Source of the DNA: Acidobacteria bacterium ADurb.Bin340
Lineage (GTDB): Bacteria; Acidobacteriota; Holophagae; Holophagales; Holophagaceae
DNA: 48,457 bases
Direction of reading: 5' to 3'
NCBI GenBank assembly: GCA_002068835.1
Contig: MWBB01000001.1
Span: 1-48,457 of the forward strand
A program made the position numbers and the translations under genes. Shown here in pieces: positions 40,093-48,457 of this stretch. Within the stretch, counting starts at the first letter, position 1; every line of letters begins with the position of its first letter. A model generated the notes under the pieces. It made no database searches. It saw only the letters and a program-made list of their open reading frames with translations, and was not told where the DNA came from.

Positions 40093-40847
40093 GCCTGCTC
40101 TGGACCTGCCGGGACGTCATCCCGCTGCTCACCGAATATGAAGAGGGCACCCTCTCCTGGTACCGCCGTCTGCGTCTGCGCCTTCATCTGATGGTTTGCC
40201 CGGAGTGCCGCCTGCTCCACCAGGAGCTCAAGGGCATACCGCCCCTGGTGGAGGAGCTCACCCAGCCGGCCACCCCCGACATGAAGGCGCTGGCCGAGTC
40301 CGCCCTTCGCGGTGCCCTGGCGCGCATCAGCCAGGCTCCCGTTGCCCGGACTGCCGCAGGCCCGGTGCCGGCGGACATCCAGAAGATCATGGGTGAAGGC
40401 CAGGACCAGACCCTCCGCCTCCTGGAATCCGTCCACCTCGCCCTGGCCCAGGGCAAGGGAACCGAAGCGGAGCCCTACCTGCCAACCCACGTCATGGCCG
40501 AGCTGCCCCATCCCGATCGCTGGACCTGGCGCCGACGCGGTTCTGCCCGAGTGGCCACCCTGGTTGAGGGCGCCCCGGGCCAGCCCAAACTGTCCATGCT
40601 GGTGGCCCCCAAGGGGTACCAGACCCCGCGGCACACCCATGAAGGTTCGGAAACCATGCTCATCCTTGATGGCGTCATCGAGGATGGAGACCGGGTGTTC
40701 CGCACGGGCGCATGGCTGCACTTCGAGAACGGCTCCAGCCACGCTCCCGTGATCCTCAACGACGAGTGCTGGTGCCTTGTTCGGGAAGTGGGGACCTCGC
40801 GTTTCCACGGCCCCTTCGGGTGGTTCCAGCGCCTGTTCGCCTCGTGA
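40089..40847 (+). CDS. ChrR-like anti-sigma factor (zinc-binding ZAS N-domain plus C-terminal cupin)
   Basis: GTGA overlap with the sigma gene. HLMVCPEC is the HxxxCxxC ZAS motif. The C-terminal PRHTHEGSETMLILDGVIEDGD...HFENGSSHAP is a cupin His cluster. No TM segment. Confidence 0.85.
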   Translation: MSLLWTCRDVIPLLTEYEEGTLSWYRRLRLRLHLMVCPECRLLHQELKGIPPLVEELTQPATPDMKALAESALRGALARISQAPVARTAAGPVPADIQKIMGEGQDQTLRLLESVHLALAQGKGTEAEPYLPTHVMAELPHPDRWTWRRRGSARVATLVEGAPGQPKLSMLVAPKGYQTPRHTHEGSETMLILDGVIEDGDRVFRTGAWLHFENGSSHAPVILNDECWCLVREVGTSRFHGPFGWFQRLFAS

Positions 40848-40879
40848 TCGGGGGCTGAATCCCCCTCCACCCGGAACCT

Positions 40880-41911
40880 TCAGGCGGAATGGTTCATTCC
40901 CGCGGATCCCGCCAGGACACCTTCACGCAGTCGGGCCTGATCCAGAACGCCCCGGTCCAGCACCAGGGAGGTCAGGAGCCCGACAGGCGTGACATCGAAC
41001 GAGGGGTTCCAGGCCGGGCTGGCGGCGGCCGCCCAGGCCTGCCCCCCGAAACCCCGGATCTCCTCGGCATCGCGTTCCTCGATGGGGATCTGCGAACCGT
41101 CGGCGCAGGCTGGATCCACGGTGGTCCAGGGAGCTACGGGGTGGAAGGGCACCCCATGATGGGCCGCCTGGACCGCCAGCCCGTAGGTGCCCACCTTGTT
41201 GGCCGTATCCCCATTGGCAGCGATGCGGTCCGCCCCGACGAAAACCCGCTGGACCCGGCCATCCCTCATGAGAAGGGCCGCCATGCTGTCCGTGATGAGG
41301 GTGTGGGGGATCCCCAGGCGCCCCAGTTCCCAGGCGGTGAGGCGGGCTCCCTGGAGCAGGGGGCGCGTTTCATCGACCCAAACCTGGGACACCTTGCCTT
41401 GTTCCCAGGCCCTGCGGATCACCCCCAGGGCCGTTCCGATCCCTGCGGTGGCCAGAGCCCCGGCATTGCAGTGGGTGAGGAGCGCCTCGCCGGGCCGCAC
41501 CAGGGCCGCGCCGAGCACGGCCAGGCGTTCGCAGAGCGCGACATCCTCGTCGAAGATGGCCTCGGCCTCCCGCACCAGGTCTGCTGCGCCCCCGCCCTGG
41601 GCCATCACTCCACCCAGGCGATCCAGGGCGTTCATGAGGTTCACGGCCGTCGGCCGGGCCCCCCGCAGGGCCAGACGGGCCGATTCCAGCCCCCTCGATC
41701 CGGCGCCCCCCTCCGCCCAGCGAGCCAGACAGAGGGCCGCAGCCACGCCGATGAGGGGCGCGCCGCGCACCGCAAGCCGGCGGATGTGCCCCACCATCCG
41801 GGCCGGATCGTCCCCAGGCAGCCAGGCCTCGACCCCGGGCAGCCGGGTCTGGTCCAGCACTTCCAGATGTCCGGACCGCACCCGCAATGCCAGGGCTTCA
41901 AGATCCTTCAT
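40880..41911 (-). CDS. mtnA: S-methyl-5-thioribose-1-phosphate isomerase
   Basis: LEVLDQTRLPG, IRRLAVRGAPLIGVAAA, RPTAVNL, THCNAGALATAGIGTALGVIR, VWVDETRPLLQGARLTAWEL, VGADRIAANGDTANKVGTY and NPSFDVTP are eIF-2B-related MtnA signatures. Confidence 0.9.
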   Translation of the reverse strand: MKDLEALALRVRSGHLEVLDQTRLPGVEAWLPGDDPARMVGHIRRLAVRGAPLIGVAAALCLARWAEGGAGSRGLESARLALRGARPTAVNLMNALDRLGGVMAQGGGAADLVREAEAIFDEDVALCERLAVLGAALVRPGEALLTHCNAGALATAGIGTALGVIRRAWEQGKVSQVWVDETRPLLQGARLTAWELGRLGIPHTLITDSMAALLMRDGRVQRVFVGADRIAANGDTANKVGTYGLAVQAAHHGVPFHPVAPWTTVDPACADGSQIPIEERDAEEIRGFGGQAWAAAASPAWNPSFDVTPVGLLTSLVLDRGVLDQARLREGVLAGSAGMNHSA

Positions 41912-41918
41912 GGCCGCC

Positions 41919-42566
41919 TCACCTCAGACGCGGGCCCAGACCGGCCCGCAGATTCTTCAGGGCCTGCAGTTCCGATTCCGGCAACGGACGGGCCCCGCCC
42001 AGAGCTTCAGCCGCCAGAAGGATCTGGGCCACATGCTCCACCCGCTCCAGCCCGTCACAGGCCTCATTGAGCGTTTCCCCCCAGGCCACGGCACCGTGGC
42101 GGGCCAGCAGCACCAGCCGATGTCCTGGCAGGAAGGGCGTCACGCTCGCCGCAAGTTCCGGCGTGCCGGGGCGGGCATAGGGCGCAACCGGAACCCCCCC
42201 GGTGGCCAGAAGCACTTCCGGCAAGGCCTCGCAGGGCAGGGCCTCGAGTTCGGGCCGCGCCAGGGTCCAGGCCGTGGCCGTGGGCGGGTGGGCATGAGCC
42301 ACGGCACGGGCTTCGGGGCAGGCCTGGTAGATGGCCCGGTGAAGCTGGGCTTCGGAACTGGGTGAACCCGAACGTGCCGTTCCATCGGCTTCCAGCAGGA
42401 TCAGGTCCCCGGGCCGAAGGCGGTCCTTGTTGATCCCCGAGGGCGTCATGAGGATCCGACCCGCCTCCATGCGCACGGAAAGATTGCCGTCGCCCGCAGC
42501 CAGGAGGTTCCGGGCATGCAGGCGACGGCAGGCTTCGCAGATGGCTTCGCGGGGATCCGGAGCCAT
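41919..42566 (-). CDS. Class II aldolase/adducin family protein, probable methylthioribulose-1-phosphate dehydratase (MtnB-like)
   Basis: GDGNLSVRM...MTPSGINKDRL...HRAIYQACPEARAVAHAHPP...LARHGAVAWGETL is the class II aldolase fold pattern. It lies 7 nt upstream of mtnA on the same strand. Confidence 0.75.
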   Translation of the reverse strand: MAPDPREAICEACRRLHARNLLAAGDGNLSVRMEAGRILMTPSGINKDRLRPGDLILLEADGTARSGSPSSEAQLHRAIYQACPEARAVAHAHPPTATAWTLARPELEALPCEALPEVLLATGGVPVAPYARPGTPELAASVTPFLPGHRLVLLARHGAVAWGETLNEACDGLERVEHVAQILLAAEALGGARPLPESELQALKNLRAGLGPRLR

Positions 42567-43330
42567 CAGCGCTTCAGGGCCACCTTCTCGGCAGCGGCCA
42601 GCTCAAAGGAGACGGGCTTGGCCGCGGACATCTTGATGGCGGTTTCCGCGGTGGCCGCAGCGGCAGCCGTTCCAGCGGCCGCACCGATGGCCGCGCCACC
42701 CAGGGCGTGGTCGCCCTTGTTCTTCTTGTCGGAGAGCACGCCCACCAGGGCGCCCAGAGCGGCAGCTCCACCGATGATCTTGGCGTTCCGCTCGCCCCGC
42801 TTGTCGCCCACCACCAGGTAGGTGCCGGTGCTGACATCCGCACCGCCCACGGAGGTGAGCTTGATGCCCAGGCCGCCGTTGCCGCTGGAAAGGCGTCCGG
42901 CAGGCACACTCTGGGCCACCACGCCGCTCACAGGGGAGCCCGCCTTCCAGACCGTGGTCCCGTTCACCACCACATCGCTGGCCAGGCTGCCTTCCCAGGC
43001 ATCTCCCGCCTTCACGGTTTCAGTGCTGAGGTCCTTGGCCAGGGTCACTTCCAGCTTGGTGCCGAGGGGCACGTCCACGAGCACAGGCTTGGGCGTGTCC
43101 TTGGGCTTGGGGGTGGTCGCAAGGTCCTGGGCTTCCTTCTTCTTGGCCTCGGCCCGGCGCTTGGCCTCGGCGATCTGCCGCTCCAGGGCCTTCTGCTGAT
43201 CGGCCGCAAGCTGTTTCATGGCCTCGGCATCGGCGGTCTCGGCAGCCTTCCGCTTCTCGCAGCCCAGCAGGCCCGCCACCAGGGCAAGGCCGGAAAGCAC
43301 CGGAATCAGGTGGGTGCGTGCATGGTTCAT
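42566..43330 (-). CDS. Lipoprotein with coiled-coil, beta-rich and C-terminal glycine-zipper segments (function unknown)
   Basis: Lipobox LVAGLLGC. A Lys/Glu/Ala coiled coil. A repeated G..V.G.V beta-rich segment. IIGGAAALGALVGVL...LGGAAIGAAAGTAAAAA is a glycine zipper. GGGAGGA RBS. The stop overlaps the start of the mtnB-like gene. Confidence 0.7.
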   Translation of the reverse strand: MNHARTHLIPVLSGLALVAGLLGCEKRKAAETADAEAMKQLAADQQKALERQIAEAKRRAEAKKKEAQDLATTPKPKDTPKPVLVDVPLGTKLEVTLAKDLSTETVKAGDAWEGSLASDVVVNGTTVWKAGSPVSGVVAQSVPAGRLSSGNGGLGIKLTSVGGADVSTGTYLVVGDKRGERNAKIIGGAAALGALVGVLSDKKNKGDHALGGAAIGAAAGTAAAAATAETAIKMSAAKPVSFELAAAEKVALKR

Positions 43331-43362
43331 GAATCCTCCCGTGGGGATTGGAAACCGATAGT

Positions 43363-44439
43363 ATGACCGATGGCGCCAGAGGCTTGCCCGTGCACCCCAA
43401 CCTCAACCCCCGCAGCGAAAGCGTACTGAAGACCCTCATCGAGGCCTACCTCGTGGAAGGCGAACCCGTAGGCTCGCGGCTGCTTTCCCGCCGCTACCCC
43501 GAGGCGGTCTCCCCGGCCACCCTGCGCAACGTCATGGCAGACCTGGAAGAGGAGCACCTCCTCGCCCAGCCCCACACCAGCGCGGGACGCATCCCCACCG
43601 AGCTGGCCTACCGCTGGTACGTGAACCGGTGGGTGCGCCCCGAGCCCCCGCATCCGGAACTGGGCGCCAAGCTGGAGGAAGCCCTGGAGGGCGCCGAACA
43701 GGATCCCGATCTCTGGCTCCGGCATGCCAGCCGGGTGCTGTCCGAAGTCATGGGCGGCATCTGCGTGGCCCTCCCCGTGCGCCTGGTGGGCAGCCGGCTG
43801 GTACGCCTGGAGTTCGTGCCCCTCGGAACCGACCGGCTCGTGGCCCTGTGGGTGGGCTCCGGCGGCGATGTGGAACACCAGGTGATGAGCAACCCCTGGG
43901 GATTCGATGCTGCAACCCTGACCGAACTGGGGAATTTCGCCACGGCGCATTTCGTGGGCCTCACCTTCGAATCGATGCGGCGGACCCTCCTGCAAACCCT
44001 CCGCTCCCAGGAAGGAGAGGCCCGGAACCTTCGCCAGCGACTCTCCGAGATCACGAAAACCATGCGGGAACCCCATCCGGCCACGGAGCCGCCCCTGATC
44101 GTGAGCGGTCTGCGGGAACTGGCGCGGATGCCTGAATTCGAGGACGCCCAGCGCTTCAAGGATCTGGTGGCCGCCTTCGAAGAACACGGCCGCCTGGCCC
44201 AGCTCCTGAACGCCTTCGCCGAAGCCGCGGCCCGGGAAGTGACCCTGCTCCTGGGCTCCGAGAATCCCTTTCTCGCAGGCATGCCGCTGGCAACCGCCAT
44301 GCGCACGGTTCCCCTGGGCGGCCCCGAGGGCGCCACGTTCGCCTTCGTGGGCCCCCTGCGCCTGGACTACGTGAGGGTGGTTGGCGCCCTCACCTGGTGG
44401 TCCCAGGCCCTGGACCGGCGAAAGCCCGGCAGCGTTTGA
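43363..44439 (+). CDS. hrcA: Heat-inducible transcription repressor HrcA
   Basis: LNPRSESVLKTLIEAYLVEGEPVGSRLLSRRY...SPATLRNVMADLEEEHLLAQPHTSAGRIPT is the HrcA N-terminal winged-helix signature. It is followed by grpE-dnaK-dnaJ. TTG 43348 is an alternative start. Confidence 0.9.
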   Translation: MTDGARGLPVHPNLNPRSESVLKTLIEAYLVEGEPVGSRLLSRRYPEAVSPATLRNVMADLEEEHLLAQPHTSAGRIPTELAYRWYVNRWVRPEPPHPELGAKLEEALEGAEQDPDLWLRHASRVLSEVMGGICVALPVRLVGSRLVRLEFVPLGTDRLVALWVGSGGDVEHQVMSNPWGFDAATLTELGNFATAHFVGLTFESMRRTLLQTLRSQEGEARNLRQRLSEITKTMREPHPATEPPLIVSGLRELARMPEFEDAQRFKDLVAAFEEHGRLAQLLNAFAEAAAREVTLLLGSENPFLAGMPLATAMRTVPLGGPEGATFAFVGPLRLDYVRVVGALTWWSQALDRRKPGSV

Positions 44440-44471
44440 GGGCGCGCGCCATTCGGCCTACAATCGGCGCC

Positions 44472-45182
44472 ATGAGCCCCGATTCGACTCCCGGCCTTCC
44501 GGATCCCCTTGAGCCCCTGCCTCCCCGCGAGGATCTGACCGTCGACCTGGATGCGGGGGAGGTGGATGCCATCGATGATCTCCAGGCCTTCGCCGATGCC
44601 GTGGCGGAGGAAACGCCCGAAGCCCCCTCGCCCTCTGAAGCCGAGGGGGATCCCATGGACCGCATCCTGGAAGAGCTGGAGCGGGAGCTGGAGGAAGCCA
44701 ACCAGCGGATCATCGAACTGGAGCGCCACGAATCCGACCACCAGGACCGCCACCATCGCCTGATGGCGGACTTCAACAACTACCGGAACCGCACGGCCCG
44801 CGAGATCCAGATGGGCGTGGAGCAGGCCGAAAAACGCCTCCTCCTGGAGATCCTTCCCGTGCTGGACAGCTTCGACCGATGCGTCGGGGCCTCCTACGCC
44901 ACCATCGAGGACTTCCGCAGCGGGGTGGGCCTCATCCAGAAGCAGTTCCAGGATGCCCTCCGCCGCCTGGACGTTGCTCCGGTGCCCCTGGAACCCGGCG
45001 ACCCCTTCGACGCCGCCCACGCCGAAGCCCTCACCACCACAGCCGACCGGTATCTTCCGGATGGCGCCGTGGCCACGGTTTTCGAGCGCGGCTACACCCT
45101 TCGCAACCAGTTGTTGCGCCCTGCCCGGGTGGTGGTGAACCACCACCCCGAAGGCGAACACGCCCCTGAACCCTCGGAGTAG
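44472..45182 (+). CDS. grpE: Nucleotide exchange factor GrpE
   Basis: An acidic N-terminus, then HHRLMADFNNYRNRTAREI...LLEILPVLDSFDR...FDAAHAEAL...GYTLRNQLLRPARVVV. Start set at Met26 of ORF 44397..45182. Confidence 0.95.
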   Translation: MSPDSTPGLPDPLEPLPPREDLTVDLDAGEVDAIDDLQAFADAVAEETPEAPSPSEAEGDPMDRILEELERELEEANQRIIELERHESDHQDRHHRLMADFNNYRNRTAREIQMGVEQAEKRLLLEILPVLDSFDRCVGASYATIEDFRSGVGLIQKQFQDALRRLDVAPVPLEPGDPFDAAHAEALTTTADRYLPDGAVATVFERGYTLRNQLLRPARVVVNHHPEGEHAPEPSE

Positions 45183-45185
45183 CCC

Positions 45186-47054
45186 ATGCCCGGAAAGCTG
45201 ATCGGCATCGATCTGGGGACCACCAACAGCTGCGCCTGTGTGATGGAGGGTGGCGAACGCCGGGTGATCCCCAACCGCGAAGGCAGCCGGACCACCCCCA
45301 CGGTCGTGGCCTTCACGGACAAGGGCGATGTGCTGGTGGGCCACATCGCCAAGCGCCAGGCCGTCACCAACCCCCAGCGCACCCTTTTCGCCATCAAGCG
45401 CCTGATCGGTCAGAAATTCGAAGATCCCAAGGTCGAGGAAGCCACCCGTCGGCTGCCCTTCCCCGTCACGAGGTCCAGCAACGGCGATGCCTGGGTGAGC
45501 GTGGGCGACCGCGACTACGCGCCACCGGAAATCACGGCCATCGTGCTGCGGGCCCTGAAGCAGAGCGCCGAAGCCTTCCTGCACGAGGAAGTGGTGGATG
45601 CCGTCATCACCGTGCCCGCCTACTTCAACGATGCCCAGCGGCAGGCCACCAAGGATGCCGGGCGCATCGCGGGCCTGAACGTGGTGCGCATCATCAACGA
45701 GCCCACGGCCGCAGCCCTGGCCTACGGCCTCGACAAGAAGGGACGCCGGGAGCTGCTGGCCATCTACGATCTGGGCGGCGGCACCTTCGACTTCACCCTG
45801 ATGGAGATGAACGACGGGGTATTCGAAGTGCTGGCCACCAGCGGCGATACCTTCCTGGGCGGCGAGGATTTCGACCAGGCCATTCTCAACCTGCTGGTGG
45901 ACCGGTTCCGCGAGCAGACGGGCATCGACCTCTCCAAGGACCGCATGGCCCTCCAGCGGCTCAAGGAGGCTTCCGAGAAGGCGAAGTGCGAACTGTCCAC
46001 CCTCGACCGGGTGGAGATCCGCCTGCCCTTCATCGCCCAGGGGCCTTCGGGCCCCCAGCACCTGGAAGCGAGCCTCACCCGGGAGGAACTCGAGAACATG
46101 GTCCGCGCCCTTGTGGCCCGCACCCTGATCCCCATCGAGGATGCCCTGCGGGAAGCCCGGAAGGCCGCCACGGAAGTCGACCAGGTGATCCTCGTGGGGG
46201 GCCAGACCCGCATGCCGCTGGTGCAGGCGGTGGTGCGCGATTTTTTCAAGCGCGAGCCCAACCGCGAGATCAACCCCGACGAGGTGGTGGCCCAGGGCGC
46301 CAGCATCCAGGGCGCGGTGCTCACAGGCGAAGTCAAGGATCTGGTGCTCCTTGATGTGACGCCTCTCTCCCTCGGCATCGAAACCCAGGGCGGCGGCTTC
46401 GTGAAGATCATCGGCCGCAACAGCACCATCCCCCTGCGGGACAGCCGGGTGTTCACCACCGTGGCCGACAACCAGAGCCGGGTGGAAGTGCATGTGCTCC
46501 AGGGCGAACGGGAACTGGCGGAGTTCAACAAGAGCCTCGGGCGCTTCGACCTGGTCAACCTGCCGCCCCTTCCCAAGGGCGTTCCCCAGATCGAAGTGGC
46601 CTTCGACATTGATTCCAACGGCATCGTGCGAGTGTCCGCCAAGGACCTCATGACCGGCCTGGAGCAGAGCATGAACATCCGGCCCAGCTCCGGGCTGTCG
46701 GAGCTGGAGATCCAGCGCATGATCCGGGAAGCGGCCCAGAACGCCGAAACCGACCTCCAGCGCCGGGACGATTTGAAATACATCGCCAGCGCCGAAGGCC
46801 TGCTGTTCTCCTGCGACAAGAGCTTCGTGGAATGCGGCAAGTTCCTTAACGAAGAGGACCAGGGCCTGGTGCGGGACACCCTCAACACGGCTCGGCAGGC
46901 GGTGGCCAACAAGGACATCCAGGGCGTGAAAGCCGTGGAGGGGCGCCTGCTGGAAGTCCAGAAGCTCCTCACCAACGCGGTCCTGGCCGCCAGTGAAGCC
47001 ATGATGAACGCCCTGGAGGGGGATGACCCCGCACGGCCCAAGGGGCTCAGGTAA
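45186..47054 (+). CDS. dnaK: Molecular chaperone DnaK (Hsp70)
   Basis: IGIDLGTTNSC, DAVITVPAYFNDAQRQATKDAGRIAGL, RIINEPTAAALAYG, IYDLGGGTFD and VILVGGQTRMP are Hsp70 signatures. Confidence 0.98.
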   Translation: MPGKLIGIDLGTTNSCACVMEGGERRVIPNREGSRTTPTVVAFTDKGDVLVGHIAKRQAVTNPQRTLFAIKRLIGQKFEDPKVEEATRRLPFPVTRSSNGDAWVSVGDRDYAPPEITAIVLRALKQSAEAFLHEEVVDAVITVPAYFNDAQRQATKDAGRIAGLNVVRIINEPTAAALAYGLDKKGRRELLAIYDLGGGTFDFTLMEMNDGVFEVLATSGDTFLGGEDFDQAILNLLVDRFREQTGIDLSKDRMALQRLKEASEKAKCELSTLDRVEIRLPFIAQGPSGPQHLEASLTREELENMVRALVARTLIPIEDALREARKAATEVDQVILVGGQTRMPLVQAVVRDFFKREPNREINPDEVVAQGASIQGAVLTGEVKDLVLLDVTPLSLGIETQGGGFVKIIGRNSTIPLRDSRVFTTVADNQSRVEVHVLQGERELAEFNKSLGRFDLVNLPPLPKGVPQIEVAFDIDSNGIVRVSAKDLMTGLEQSMNIRPSSGLSELEIQRMIREAAQNAETDLQRRDDLKYIASAEGLLFSCDKSFVECGKFLNEEDQGLVRDTLNTARQAVANKDIQGVKAVEGRLLEVQKLLTNAVLAASEAMMNALEGDDPARPKGLR

Positions 47055-47063
47055 CCTGGAAAC

Positions 47064-48218
47064 ATGAAGCGCGACCACTACGAAGTGCTCGGCGTTGGCC
47101 GAGATGCGTCCCTGGATGAGATCAAGAAGGCGTACCGGCGCCTGGCCATGCAGAACCACCCGGACCAGAACCCCGGCAACAAGGAGGCCGAGGAGCGGTT
47201 CAAGGAGGCGGCGGAAGCCTACGCCGTGCTCTCGGATTCCGAAAAGCGCCGCCACTACGATCAGTTCGGCCACGATGCGCCCCAGGCCGGCGGTTTCCAG
47301 TTCGACCCCAACCAGTTTGCGGATTTCGAGGACATCCTGGGCCGGTTCTTCGGCGGCGGGATCTTCGGGGATTTCTTCGGCGGCATGGGCGGCAGGCGAC
47401 GCCCGGGCCAGGGCGAACGGGGCTCGGACCTGCAGTACACCCTGCGGCTGGACTTCAAGGAATCCGTCTTCGGCGTGGACGCCAAGGAGGTGGAGATCCC
47501 CCGCCTGGAGGCCTGCGGCACCTGCCGCGGCAGCGGTTGCGCCGACGGCACCTCGCCTCAGACCTGCCCCCAGTGCCGGGGCCAGGGCCAGGTGGCCGTC
47601 CGGCAGGGTTTCCTCCAGATGTACGCCCCCTGCCCCCGCTGCGAAGGCCGGGGCATGGTCATTCCGAGCCCCTGCGCCGCCTGCCGGGGCGAAGGCCGGA
47701 TCCACCGTCGGTCGAAGGTGAAGTTCCGCATCCCCGCCGGCATCGACCGGGGACAGCGCCTGCGCCTGGAGGGCGAGGGCGAGGCCGGCCGCTACGGCGG
47801 TGCCACGGGAGACCTCTACATCGTCTTCGACATCGCCCCGGATTCCACCTACGAGCGGGACGGCTTCGACCTGCACCGCCGCCTGGATGTGCCGTGGCCC
47901 CTGCTGGTCGTGGGAGGCAGCCATCCGGTGGAAACCCTGTATGGCACCGAACACCTGCGCCTCCAGGCCGGCACCCCCGCGGATCAGGTGGTCAAGGTGC
48001 CCAACGCGGGCATCCCGAAGCTTCGCGGATCCGGCCGCGGCGATCTCTACCTCCACCTGCGCGTGGAAGTGCCCCGGAAGCTCACCTCCGACCAGGAGCG
48101 GCTGGTGAAGGAACTCCTCGCCGCCTTCCAGGGCGAGGGCAATGCCGAGGATGAAGGCTTCCTGGCCAAGGTGTTCGGTTCCGACAAGAGCAAGAAAAAG
48201 GGTAAGAAGCGCAGATAA
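47064..48218 (+). CDS. dnaJ: Molecular chaperone DnaJ
   Basis: J domain (DHYEVLGV...[15 protein letters not shown]), a G/F-rich region, four CxxCxGxG zinc-finger repeats, and a basic C-terminal tail. Confidence 0.97.
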   Translation: MKRDHYEVLGVGRDASLDEIKKAYRRLAMQNHPDQNPGNKEAEERFKEAAEAYAVLSDSEKRRHYDQFGHDAPQAGGFQFDPNQFADFEDILGRFFGGGIFGDFFGGMGGRRRPGQGERGSDLQYTLRLDFKESVFGVDAKEVEIPRLEACGTCRGSGCADGTSPQTCPQCRGQGQVAVRQGFLQMYAPCPRCEGRGMVIPSPCAACRGEGRIHRRSKVKFRIPAGIDRGQRLRLEGEGEAGRYGGATGDLYIVFDIAPDSTYERDGFDLHRRLDVPWPLLVVGGSHPVETLYGTEHLRLQAGTPADQVVKVPNAGIPKLRGSGRGDLYLHLRVEVPRKLTSDQERLVKELLAAFQGEGNAEDEGFLAKVFGSDKSKKKGKKRR

Positions 48219-48262
48219 GCGGCCTTCGGCGTACCCTGGCCGGGCCCCCCGGAGAGGTTTCC

Positions 48263-48457
48263 ATGCCCTTCGCGCCCCTGCCTCCTTCACCCCCCGCGAT
48301 GATCATCCCCGCCGCGGTTCCCCTCGAGACCGCCCTCCAGCGCGAACTCGAGGCTGTGGTCGCGGACTACGGCATCCCAGGCGCCAGTCTGGTCATGCGG
48401 CTCCGGGATGGTCGGATGATCCGGTTGGCGGCGGGCTGGGCCGACCGGGAAGCGCGG
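48263..48457 (+). CDS. Partial (5' end only) serine hydrolase / beta-lactamase-family protein
   Basis: ATG 48263 is preceded by GGAGAGG. Hand translation gives MPFAPLPPSPPAMIIPAAVPLETALQRELEAVVADYGIPGASLVMRLRDGRMIRLAAGWADREAR, which resembles the N-terminus of class C-type serine hydrolases. It runs off the window before the SxxK motif. Confidence 0.5.
   Translation, partial: MPFAPLPPSPPAMIIPAAVPLETALQRELEAVVADYGIPGASLVMRLRDGRMIRLAAGWADREAR

Noticed and set aside
44367-48290. A 1307-aa open reading frame on the minus strand, running antisense across grpE, dnaK and dnaJ and the two short intergenic gaps.
   Set aside because: - The opposite strand encodes three unmistakable chaperone genes.
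- The antisense translation is a low-complexity Gly/Ala/Leu/His/Pro/Arg-rich string with no recognisable motif.
- In a genome with very high third-position GC, stop codons are rare in the frame antisense to real codons.
- Long antisense ORFs opposite hsp70 genes are a known statistical artefact.
- It would only be worth revisiting if ribosome profiling showed minus-strand translation.

Overview
This is a 48.5-kb, gene-dense, high-GC bacterial chromosomal segment. Most coding lines are about 65-75% G+C. The gene content (TIGR02300 FYDLN_acid-type protein, many GAF/PilZ/HD-GYP/PP2C signalling proteins) suggests an Acidobacteriota- or Myxococcota-like Gram-negative organism, but that is only an inference. 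I can support 46 CDS (one partial at the 3' edge), two tRNA genes (Leu-TAG, Arg-TCG), several intrinsic terminators, two sigma70-like promoter candidates and one repressor operator. I saw no transposases, integrases, CRISPR arrays, rRNA or obvious prophage or defence genes.

Housekeeping content:
- mog, tig, add, htpX, clpP, nagZ, hisS and aspS
- mtnA plus an mtnB-like gene
- the hrcA-grpE-dnaK-dnaJ heat-shock operon
- a MarR/MFP/RND efflux block

Regulatory modules interleaved with these:
- a STAS/RsbW-like/GAF-PP2C partner-switching trio
- a Ser/Thr kinase fused to beta-helix repeats
- a PilZ protein with a degenerate receiver
- a REC-HD-GYP / REC / NagZ operon
- two orphan histidine kinases
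- an ECF sigma with a ChrR-type anti-sigma factor

I found no clear-cut new multi-gene system. The best candidate for something undescribed is the block at 30434-33809. It starts with a 329-nt AT-rich non-coding island, followed by an XRE regulator. Next is a BlaI-type repressor with a perfect 10-bp inverted-repeat operator. The last gene is an M56/BlaR1-type membrane protease whose extracytoplasmic sensor is a lytic-transglycosylase (SLT) domain plus an unrecognised 215-aa domain, rather than a penicillin-binding domain.

Secondary items:
- a GAF-kinase / DegT aminotransferase / ThrRS-N-terminus::uridine-kinase operon
- tight coupling of c-di-GMP signalling genes to peptidoglycan-recycling genes
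- unusual C-terminal extensions on trigger factor, AspRS and the RND pump

The many long antisense ORFs in the track are treated as high-GC artefacts. All functional calls come from motif recognition by eye; no database search was run.
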